Shown: piece by piece, positions 51,601 to 64,000 of the stretch | How the letters are laid out: each line of letters opens with the position of its first letter | How positions within the stretch are numbered: the stretch's first letter is position 1 | Source: Eledone cirrhosa | Taxonomy: Eukaryota | NCBI GenBank assembly: GCA_964016885.1 | Contig: CAXHJY010000928.1 | Location: forward strand, 434,001 to 498,000 | Reading direction: 5' to 3' | Length of the DNA stretch: 64,000 bases | Position numbers and translations under genes: made by a program | Notes under the pieces: generated by a model | What the model was told of the DNA's origin: nothing | The model's input: only the letters and a program-made list of their open reading frames with translations | Databases searched by the model: none

Positions 51601-54600
51601 TGTCATCATTGTGTTAGTGATGTTATGAGAGAGACATGAGACAACACTTACTACACTGTCATCATTGTATTAGTGATGTTATGAGAGAGACAAGAGACAA
51701 CACTTACTACACTGTCATCATTGTGTTAGTGATGTTATGAGAGACACAAGAGACAACACTTACTACGCTGTCATCATTGTGTTAGTGATGTTATGAGAGA
51801 GACATGAGACTACACTTACTACACTGTCATCATTGTGTTAGTGATGTTATGAGAGACACAAGAGACAACACTTACTACGCTGTCATCATTGTGTTAGTGA
51901 TGTTATGAGAGAGACATGAGACTACACTTACTACACTGTCATCATTGTGTTAGTGATGTTATGAGAGACACAAGAGACAGCACTTACTACGCTGTCATCA
52001 TTGTGTTAGTGATGTTATGAGAGAGACATGAGACTACACTGTCATCATTGTGTTAGTGATGTTATGAGAGACACAAGAGACTACACTTACTACACTGTCA
52101 TCATTGTGTTAGTGATGTTATGAGAGACACAAGAGACAACACTTACTACGCTGTCATTGTATTAGTGGTGTTATGAGAGAGACATGAGAACACTTACTAC
52201 ACTGTCATCATCGTGTTAGTGATGTTATGAGAGACAAGAGACAACACTTACTACACTGTCATCATTGTGTTAGTGATGTTTTGAGAGAGACATGAGACAA
52301 CACTTACTACACTGTCATCATTGTGTTAGTGATTTTATGAGAGAGACATGAGACAACACTTACTACACTGTCATCATTGTATTAGTGATGTTATGAGAGA
52401 GACAAGAGACAACACTTACTACACTGTCATCATTGTGTTAGTGTTATGAGAGAGATGTTGAGACAGCACTTACTACACTGTCATCATTGTATTAGTGGTG
52501 TTATGAGAGAGACATGAGACAACACTTACTACACTGTCATCATTGTGTTAGTGATGTTATGAGAGAGACATGAGTCAACACTTACTACACTGTCATCATT
52601 GTGTTAGTGATGTTATGAGAGACACAAGAGACAACACTTACTACACTGTCATCATTGTTAGTGATGTTATGAGAGACACAAGAGACAACACTTACTACAC
52701 TGTCATCATTGTGTTAGTGATGTTATGAGAGAGACATGAGACAACACTTACTACACTGTCATCATTGTGTTAGTGATGTTATGAGATAGACATGAGGCAA
52801 CACTTACTACACTGTCATCATTGTATTAGTGATGTTATGAGAGAGACAAGAGAACACTTACTACACTGTCATCATTGTATTAGTGGTGTTATGAGAGAGA
52901 TGTTGAGACAGCACTTACTACACTGTTAGCATTGTGTTAGTGATGTTATGAGAGAGACATGAGACAACACTTACTACACTGTCATCATTGTGTTAGTGAT
53001 GTTATGAGAGAGACACAAGAGACAACACTTACTACACTGTCATCATTGTGTTAGTGATGTTATGAGAGAGACATGAGACAACACTTACTACACTGTCATC
53101 ATTGTGTTAGTGATGTTATGAGAGAGACATGAGACAACACTTACTACACTGTCATCATCGTGTTAGTGATATGAGAGACACAAGAGACAACACTTACTAC
53201 ACTGTCATCATTGTGTTAGTGATGTTTTGAGAGAGACATGAGACAACACTTACTACACTGTCATCATTGTGTTAGTGATGTTATGAGAGAGACATGAGAC
53301 AACACTTACTACACTGTCATCATTGTGTTAGTGATGTTATGAGAGAGACATGAGACAACACTTACTACACTGTCATCATTGTGATAGTGATGTTATGAGA
53401 GAGACACGAGACAACACTTACTACACTGTCATCATTGTGTTAGTGATGTTATGAGAGAGACATGAGACTACACTTACTACACTGTCATCATTGTTAGTGA
53501 TGTTATGAGAGACACAAGAGACAACACTTACTACACTGTCATCATTGTGTTAGTGATGTTATGAGAGAGACATGAGACTACACTTACTACACTGTCATCA
53601 TTGTGTTAGTGATGTTATGAGAGACACAAGAGACAACACTTACTACACTGTCATCATTGTGTTAGTGATGTTATGAGAGAGATGTTGAGACAGCACTTAC
53701 TACACTGTCATTGTATTAGTGGTGTTATGAGAGAGACATGAGACAACACTTACTACACTGTCATCATTGTATTAATGGTGTTATGAGAGAGACATGAGAC
53801 AACACTTACTACACTGTCATCATTGTGTTAGTGATGTTATGAGAGAGACATGAGACAACACTTACTACACTGTCATCATTGTATTAGTGATGTTATGAGA
53901 GAGACAAGAGACAACACTTACTACACTGTCATCATTGTTAGTGATGTTATGAGAGACACAAGAGACAACACTTACTACACTGTCATCATTGTGTTAGTGA
54001 TGTTATGAGAGAGACATTTAGACAACACTTACTACACTGTCATCATTGTGTTAGTGATGTTATGAGAGAGACATGAGACAACACTTACTACACTGTCATC
54101 ATTGTATTAGTGATGTTATGAGAGACAAGAGACAACATTTACTACACTGTCATCATTGTGTTAGTGATGTTATGAGAGACACAAGAGACAACACTTACTA
54201 CGCTGTCATCATTGTGTTAGTGATGTTATGAGAGAGACATGAGACTACACTTACTACACTGTCATCATTGTGTTAGTGATGTTATGAGAGAGACATGAGA
54301 CAACACTTACTACACTGTCTTCATTGTTAGTGATGTTATGAGAGACACAAGAGACAACACTTACTACGCTGTCATCATTGTGTTAGTGATGTTATGAGAG
54401 AGACATGAGACAACACTTACTACACTGTCATCATTGTATTAGTGATGTTATGAGAGAGACAAGAGACAACACTTACTACACTGTCATCATTGTTAGTGAT
54501 GTTATGAGAGACACAAGAGACAACACTTACTACACTGTCATCATTGTGTTAGTGATGTTATGAGAGAGACATGAGACAACACTTACTACACTGTCATCAT

Positions 54601-57600
54601 TGTATTAGTGATGTTATGAGAGAGACAAGAGACAACACTTACTACACTGTCAGCATTGTGTTAGTGATGTTTTGAGAGACATGAGACACTTACTACACTG
54701 TCATCATTGTGTTAGCGATGTTATAAGAGAGACATGAGACAACACTTACTACACTGTCATCATTGTGTAGTGATGTTATGAGAGACACAAGAGACAACAC
54801 TTACTACACTGTCATCATTGTGTTAGTGATGTTATGAGAGAGATGTTGAGACAGCACTTACTACACTGTCATTGTATTAGTGGTGTTATGAGAGAGACAT
54901 GAGACAACACTTACTACACTGTCATCATTGTATTAATGGTGTTATGAGAGAGACATGAGACAACACTTACTACACTGTCATCATTGTGTTAGTGATGTTA
55001 TGAGAGAGACATGAGACAACACTTACTACACTGTCATCATTGTATTAGTGATGTTATGAGAGAGACAAGAGACAACACTTACTACACTGTCATCATTGTT
55101 AGTGATGTTATGAGAGACACAAGAGACAACACTTACTACACTGTCATCATTGTGTTAGTGATGTTATGAGAGAGACATTTAGACAACACTTACTACACTG
55201 TCATCATTGTGTTATTGATGTTATGAGAGAGACATGAGACAACACTTACTACACTGTCATCATTGTATTAGTGATGTTATGAGAGACAAGAGACAACACT
55301 TACTACACTGTCATCATTGTGTTAGTGATGTTATGAGAGACACAAGAGACAACACTTACTACGCTGTCATCATTGTGTTAGTGATGTTATGAGAGAGACA
55401 TGAGACTACACTTACTACACTGTCATCATTGTGTTAGTGATGTTATGAGAGAGACATGAGACAACACTTACTACACTGTCTTCATTGTTAGTGATGTTAT
55501 GAGAGACACAAGAGACAACACTTACTACGCTGTCATCATTGTGTTAGTGATGTTATGAGAGAGACATGAGACAACACTTACTACACTGTCATCATTGTAT
55601 TAGTGATGTTATGAGAGAGACAAGAGACAACACTTACTACACTGTCATCATTGTTAGTGATGTTATGAGAGACACAAGAGACAACACTTACTACGCTGTC
55701 ATCATTGTGTTAGTGATGTTATGAGAGAGACATGAGACAACACTTACTACACTGTCATCATTGTATTAGTGATGTTATGAGAGAGACAAGAGACAACACT
55801 TACTACACTGTCAGCATTGTGTTAGTGATGTTTTGAGAGACATGAGACACTTACTACACTGTCATCATTGTGTTAGCGATGTTATAATAGAGACATGAGA
55901 CAACACTTACTACACTGTCATCATTGTGTAGTGATGTTATGAGAGACACAAGAGACAACACTTACTACACTGTCATCATTGTGTTACTGATGTTATGAGA
56001 GAGACATGAGACAACACTTACTACACTGTCATCATTGTGTTAGTGATGTTATGAGAGAGACATGAGACAACACTTACTACACTGTCATCATTGTATTAGT
56101 GATGTTATGAGAGAGACAAGAGACAACACTTACTACACTGTCATCATTGTGTTAGTGATGTTATGAGAGACACAAGCTACAACACTTACTACGCTGTCAT
56201 CATTGTGTTAGTGATGTTATGAGAGAGACATGAGACTACACTTACTACACTGTCATCATTGTGTTAGTGATGTTATGAGAGAGACATGAGACAACACTTA
56301 CTACACTGTCATCATTGTGTTAGTGATGTTATGAGAGACACAAGAGACAACACTTACTACGCTGTCATCATTGTGTTAGTGATGTTATGAGAGAGACATG
56401 AGACTACACTTACTACACTGTCATCATTGTGTTAGTGATGTTATGAGAGACACAAGAGACAACACTTACTACGCTGTCATCATTGTGTTAGTGATGTTAT
56501 GAGAGAGACATGAGTCAACACTTACTACACTGTCATCATTGTGTTAGTGATGTTATGAGAGACACAAGAGACAACACTTACTACACTGTCATCATTGTTA
56601 GTGATGTTATGAGAGACACAAGAGACAACACTTACTACACTGTCATCATTGTGTTAGTGATGTTATGAGAGAGACATGAGACAACACTTACTACACTGTC
56701 ATCATTGTGTTAGTGATGTTATGAGATAGACATGAGGCAACACTTACTACACTGTCATCATTGTATTAGTGATGTTATGAGAGAGACAAGAGAACACTTA
56801 CTACACTGTCATCATTGTATTAGTGGTGTTATGAGAGAGATGTTGAGACAGCACTTACTACACTGTTAGCATTGTGTTAGTGATGTTATGAGAGAGACAT
56901 GAGACAACACTTACTACACTGTCATCATTGTGTTAGTGATGTTATGAGAGAGACACAAGAGACAACACTTACTACACTGTCATCATTGTGTTAGTGATGT
57001 TATGAGAGAGACATGAGACAACACTTACTACACTGTCATCATTGTGTTAGTGATGTTATGAGAGAGACATGAGACAACACTTACTACACTGTCATCATCG
57101 TGTTAGTGATATGAGAGACACAAGAGACAACACTTACTACACTGTCATCATTGTGTTAGTGATGTTTTGAGAGAGACATGAGACAACACTTACTACACTG
57201 TCATCATTGTGTTAGTGATGTTATGAGAGAGACATGAGACAACACTTACTACACTGTCATCATTGTGTTAGTGATGTTATGAGAGAGACATGAGACAACA
57301 CTTACTACACTGTCATCATTGTGATAGTGATGTTATGAGAGAGACACGAGACAACACTTACTACACTGTCATCATTGTGTTAGTGATGTTATGAGAGAGA
57401 CATGAGACTACACTTACTACACTGTCATCATTGTTAGTGATGTTATGAGAGACACAAGAGACAACACTTACTACACTGTCATCATTGTGTTAGTGATGTT
57501 ATGAGAGAGACATGAGACTACACTTACTACACTGTCATCATTGTGTTAGTGATGTTATGAGAGACACAAGAGACAACACTTACTACACTGTCATCATTGT

Positions 57601-60600
57601 GTTAGTGATGTTATGAGAGAGATGTTGAGACAGCACTTACTACACTGTCATTGTATTAGTGGTGTTATGAGAGAGACATGAGACAACACTTACTACACTG
57701 TCATCATTGTATTAATGGTGTTATGAGAGAGACATGAGACAACACTTACTACACTGTCATCATTGTGTTAGTGATGTTATGAGAGAGACATGAGACAACA
57801 CTTACTACACTGTCATCATTGTATTAGTGATGTTATGAGAGAGACAAGAGACAACACTTACTACACTGTCATCATTGTTAGTGATGTTATGAGAGACACA
57901 AGAGACAACACTTACTACACTGTCATCATTGTGTTAGTGATGTTATGAGAGAGACATTTAGACAACACTTACTACACTGTCATCATTGTGTTAGTGATGT
58001 TATGAGAGAGACATGAGACAACACTTACTACACTGTCATCATTGTATTAGTGATGTTATGAGAGACAAGAGACAACATTTACTACACTGTCATCATTGTG
58101 TTAGTGATGTTATGAGAGACACAAGAGACAACACTTACTACGCTGTCATCATTGTGTTAGTGATGTTATGAGAGAGACATGAGACTACACTTACTACACT
58201 GTCATCATTGTGTTAGTGATGTTATGAGAGAGACATGAGACAACACTTACTACACTGTCTTCATTGTTAGTGATGTTATGAGAGACACAAGAGACAACAC
58301 TTACTACGCTGTCATCATTGTGTTAGTGATGTTATGAGAGAGACATGAGACAACACTTACTACACTGTCATCATTGTATTAGTGATGTTATGAGAGAGAC
58401 AAGAGACAACACTTACTACACTGTCATCATTGTTAGTGATGTTATGAGAGACACAAGAGACAACACTTACTACACTGTCATCATTGTGTTAGTGATGTTA
58501 TGAGAGAGACATGAGACAACACTTACTACACTGTCATCATTGTATTAGTGATGTTATGAGAGAGACAAGAGACAACACTTACTACACTGTCAGCATTGTG
58601 TTAGTGATGTTTTGAGAGACATGAGACACTTACTACACTGTCATCATTGTGTTAGCGATGTTATAAGAGAGACATGAGACAACACTTACTACACTGTCAT
58701 CATTGTGTAGTGATGTTATGAGAGACACAAGAGACAACACTTACTACACTGTCATCATTGTGTTAGTGATGTTATGAGAGAGATGTTGAGACAGCACTTA
58801 CTACACTGTCATTGTATTAGTGGTGTTATGAGAGAGACATGAGACAACACTTACTACACTGTCATCATTGTATTAATGGTGTTATGAGAGAGACATGAGA
58901 CAACACTTACTACACTGTCATCATTGTGTTAGTGATGTTATGAGAGAGACATGAGACAACACTTACTACACTGTCATCATTGTATTAGTGATGTTATGAG
59001 AGAGACAAGAGACAACACTTACTACACTGTCATCATTGTTAGTGATGTTATGAGAGACACAAGAGACAACACTTACTACACTGTCATCATTGTGTTAGTG
59101 ATGTTATGAGAGAGACATTTAGACAACACTTACTACACTGTCATCATTGTGTTAGTGATGTTATGAGAGAGACATGAGACAACACTTACTACACTGTCAT
59201 CATTGTATTAGTGATGTTATGAGAGACAAGAGACAACACTTACTACACTGTCATCATTGTGTTAGTGATGTTATGAGAGACACAAGAGACAACACTTACT
59301 ACGCTGTCATCATTGTGTTAGTGATGTTATGAGAGAGACATGAGACTACACTTACTACACTGTCATCATTGTGTTAGTGATGTTATGAGAGAGACATGAG
59401 ACAACACTTACTACACTGTCTTCATTGTTAGTGATGTTATGAGAGACACAAGAGACAACACTTACTACGCTGTCATCATTGTGTTAGTGATGTTATGAGA
59501 GAGACATGAGACAACACTTACTACACTGTCATCATTGTATTAGTGATGTTATGAGAGAGACAAGAGACAACACTTACTACACTGTCATCATTGTTAGTGA
59601 TGTTATGAGAGACACAAGAGACAACACTTACTACACTGTCATCATTGTGTTAGTGATGTTATGAGAGAGACATGAGACAACACTTACTACACTGTCATCA
59701 TTGTATTAGTGATGTTATGAGAGAGACAAGAGACAACACTTACTACACTGTCAGCATTGTGTTAGTGATGTTTTGAGAGACATGAGACACTTACTACACT
59801 GTCATCATTGTGTTAGCGATGTTATAAGAGAGACATGAGACAACACTTACTACACTGTCATCATTGTGTAGTGATGTTATGAGAGACACAAGAGACAACA
59901 CTTACTACACTGTCATCATTGTGTTACTGATGTTATGAGAGAGACATGAGACAACACTTACTACACTGTCATCATTGTGTTAGTGATGTTATGAGAGAGA
60001 CATGAGACAACACTTACTACACTGTCATCATTGTATTAGTGATGTTATGAGAGAGACAAGAGACAACACTTACTACACTGTCATCATTGTGTTAGTGATG
60101 TTATGAGAGACACAAGCGACAACACTTACTACGCTGTCATCATTGTGTTAGTGATGTTATGAGAGAGACATGAGACTACACTTACTACACTGTCATCATT
60201 GTGTTAGTGATGTTATGAGAGAGACATGAGACAACACTTACTACACTGTCATCATTGTGTTAGTGATGTTATGAGAGACACAAGAGACAACACTTACTAC
60301 GCTGTCATCATTGTGTTAGTGATGTTATGAGAGAGACATGAGACTACACTTACTACACTGTCATCATTGTGTTAGTGATGTTATGAGAGACACAAGAGAC
60401 AACACTTACTACGCTGTCATCATTGTGTTAGTGATGTTATGAGAGAGACATGAGACTACACTGTCATCATTGTGTTAGTGATGTTATGAGAGAGACATGA
60501 GACAACACTTACTACACTGTCATCATTGTGTTAGTGATGTTATGAGAGACACAAGAGACAACACTTACTACGCTGTCATCATTGTGTTAGTGATGTTATG

Positions 60601-63600
60601 AGAGAGACATGAGACTACACTTACTACACTGTCATCATTGTGTTAGTGATGTTATGAGAGACACAAGAGACAACACTTACTACGCTGTCATCATTGTGTT
60701 AGTGATGTTATGAGAGAGACATGAGACTACACTTACTACACTGTCATCATTGTGTTAGTGATGTTATGAGAGAGACATGAGACAACACTTACTACACTGT
60801 CATCATTGTGTTAGTGATGTTATGAGAGACACAAGAGACAACACTTACTACGCTGTCATCATTGTGTTAGTGATGTTATGAGAGAGACATGAGACTACAC
60901 TTACTACACTGTCATCATTGTGTTAGTGATGTTATGAGAGAGACATGAGACAACACTTACTACACTGTCATCATTGTTAGTGATGTTATGAGAGACACAA
61001 GAGACAACACTTACTACGCTGTCATCATTGTGTTAGTGATGTTATGAGAGAGACATGAGACAACACTTACTACACTGTCATCATTGTATTAGTGATGTTA
61101 TGAGAGAGACAAGAGACAACACTTACTACACTGTCATCATTGATAGTGATGTTATGAGAGACACAAGAGACAACACTTACTACACTGTCATCATTGTGTT
61201 AGTGATGTTATGAGAGAGACATGAGACAACACTTACTACACTGTCATCATTGTATTAGTGATGTTATGAGAGAGACAAGAGACAACACTTACTACACTGT
61301 CAGCATTGTGTTAGTGATGTTTTGAGAGACATGAGACACTTACTACACTGTCATCATTGTGTTAGCGATGTTATAAGAGAGACATGAGACAACACTTACT
61401 ACACTGTCATCATTGTATTAGTGATGTTATGAGAGAGACAAGACACAACACTTACTACACTGTCAGCATTGTGTTAGTGATGTTTTGAGAGACATGAGAC
61501 ACTTACTACACTGTCATCATTGTGTTAGCGATGTTATAAGAGAGACATGAGACAACACTTACTACACTGTCATCATTGTGTAGTGATGTTATGAGAGACA
61601 CAAGAGACAACACTTACTACACTGTCATCATTGTGTTAGTGATGTTATGAGAGAGATGTTGAGACAGCACTTACTACACTGTCATTGTATTAGTGGTGTT
61701 ATGAGAGAGACATGAGACAACACTTACTACACTGTCATCATTGTATTAATGGTGTTATGAGAGAGACATGAGACAACACTTACTACACTGTCATCATTGT
61801 GTTAGTGATGTTATGAGAGAGACATGAGACAACACTTACTACACTGTCATCATTGTATTAGTGATGTTATGAGAGAGACAAGAGACAACACTTACTACAC
61901 TGTCATCATTGTTAGTGATGTTATGAGAGACACAAGAGACAACACTTACTACACTGTCATCATTGTGTTAGTGATGTTATGAGAGAGACATTTAGACAAC
62001 ACTTACTACACTGTCATCATTGTGTTAGTGATGTTATGAGAGAGACATGAGACAACACTTACTACACTGTCATCATTGTATTAGTGATGTTATGAGAGAC
62101 AAGAGACAACACTTACTACACTGTCATCATTGTGTTAGTGATGTTATGAGAGACACAAGAGACAACACTTACTACGCTGTCATCATTGTGTTAGTGATGT
62201 TATGAGAGAGACATGAGACTACACTTACTACACTGTCATCATTGTGTTAGTGATGTTATGAGAGAGACATGAGACAACACTTACTACACTGTCTTCATTG
62301 TTAGTGATGTTATGAGAGACACAAGAGACAATACTTACTACGCTGTCATCATTGTGTTAGTGATGTTATGAGAGAGACATGAGACAACACTTACTACACT
62401 GTCATCATTGTATTAGTGATGTTATGAGAGAGACAAGAGACAACACTTACTACACTGTCATCATTGTTAGTGATGTTATGAGAGACACAAGAGACAACAC
62501 TTACTACACTGTCATCATTGTGTTAGTGATGTTATGAGAGAGACATGAGACAACACTTACTACACTGTCATCATTGTATTAGTGATGTTATGAGAGAGAC
62601 AAGAGACAACACTTACTACACTGTCAGCATTGTGTTAGTGATGTTTTGAGAGACATGAGACACTTACTACACTGTCATCATTGTGTTAGCGATGTTATAA
62701 TAGAGACATGAGACAACACTTACTACACTGTCATCATTGTGTAGTGATGTTATGAGAGACACAAGAGACAACACTTACTACACTGTCATCATTGTGTTAC
62801 TGATGTTATGAGAGAGACATGAGACAACACTTACTACACTGTCATCATTGTGTTAGTGATGTTATGAGAGAGACATGAGACAACACTTACTACACTGTCA
62901 TCATTGTATTAGTGATGTTATGAGAGAGACAAGAGACAACACTTACTACACTGTCATCATTGTGTTAGTGATGTTATGAGAGACACAAGCTACAACACTT
63001 ACTACGCTGTCATCATTGTGTTAGTGATGTTATGAGAGAGACATGAGACTACACTTACTACACTGTCATCATTGTGTTAGTGATGTTATGAGAGAGACAT
63101 GAGACAACACTTACTACACTGTCATCATTGTGTTAGTGATGTTATGAGAGACACAAGAGACAACACTTACTACGCTGTCATCATTGTGTTAGTGATGTTA
63201 TGAGAGAGACATGAGACTACACTTACTACACTGTCATCATTGTGTTAGTGATGTTATGAGAGACACAAGAGACAACACTTACTACGCTGTCATCATTGTG
63301 TTAGTGATGTTATGAGAGAGACATGAGACTACACTGTCATCATTGTGTTAGTGATGTTATGAGAGAGACATGAGACAACACTTACTACACTGTCATCATT
63401 GTGTTAGTGATGTTATGAGAGACACAAGAGACAACACTTACTACGCTGTCATCATTGTGTTAGTGATGTTATGAGAGAGACATGAGACTACACTTACTAC
63501 ACTGTCATCATTGTGTTAGTGATGTTATGAGAGACACAAGAGACAACACTTACTACGCTGTCATCATTGTGTTAGTGATGTTATGAGAGAGACATGAGAC

Positions 63601-64000
63601 TACACTTACTACACTGTCATCATTGTGTTAGTGATGTTATGAGAGAGACATGAGACAACACTTACTACACTGTCATCATTGTGTTAGTGATGTTATGAGA
63701 GACACAAGAGACAACACTTACTACGCTGTCATCATTGTGTTAGTGATGTTATGAGAGAGACATGAGACTACACTTACTACACTGTCATCATTGTGTTAGT
63801 GATGTTATGAGAGAGACATGAGACAACACTTACTACACTGTCATCATTGTTAGTGATGTTATGAGAGACACAAGAGACAACACTTACTACGCTGTCATCA
63901 TTGTGTTAGTGATGTTATGAGAGAGACATGAGACAACACTTACTACACTGTCATCATTGTATTAGTGATGTTATGAGAGAGACAAGAGACAACACTTACT
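33650..64000. repeat. 56-bp tandem satellite, more than 30 kb (roughly 540 monomers by length), running off the window end
   Basis: Consensus tgttatgagagagacatgagacaacacttactacactgtcatcattgtgttagtga; the period is confirmed by tagtgatgtt at 33721 and 33777; recurrent variants cacaagagac, gatgttgagacagc and gactacac. Confidence 0.98.

Noticed and set aside
33650-64000. CRISPR-like appearance of the regular array, and short ORFs within it (36246, 38561, 46420, 49413)
   Set aside because: There are no unique spacers and no cas genes, and the context is eukaryotic; the ORFs arise by chance from monomer variants.

Overview
Eukaryotic (animal) genomic DNA, very probably from an octopus or related cephalopod. 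This is inferred from the tRNA-derived SINE families, RTE LINEs and dense (TA)n tracts; it is not proven. The window appears to lie inside a + strand STIM (stromal interaction molecule, ER Ca2+ sensor) gene, of which only two exons are visible (31521-31695, transmembrane/CC1; 33184-33250). Positions 1-33.5 kb are a nest of mobile elements sitting mostly in (TA)n microsatellites. They include two RTE LINE subfamilies (one copy has an uninterrupted APE-RT-PHD-like ORF), RTE-tailed tRNA SINEs, a DD37D Tc1/mariner (maT-type) element, a Helitron fragment, a Penelope-like GIY-YIG relic, a CR1-type fragment, and several small non-coding elements carrying type I hammerhead ribozyme motifs. Positions ~33.65-64 kb are one 56-bp satellite array with kb-scale higher-order duplications. 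The most unusual signal is a nested palindrome at 15702-16979. One arm of its inner hairpin carries dozens of one-directional A-to-G changes that spare 5'-GA contexts, as expected if an ADAR hyper-edited, hammerhead-like RNA was reverse-transcribed back into the genome. Most short ORFs in the supplied track are microsatellite or antisense artefacts.
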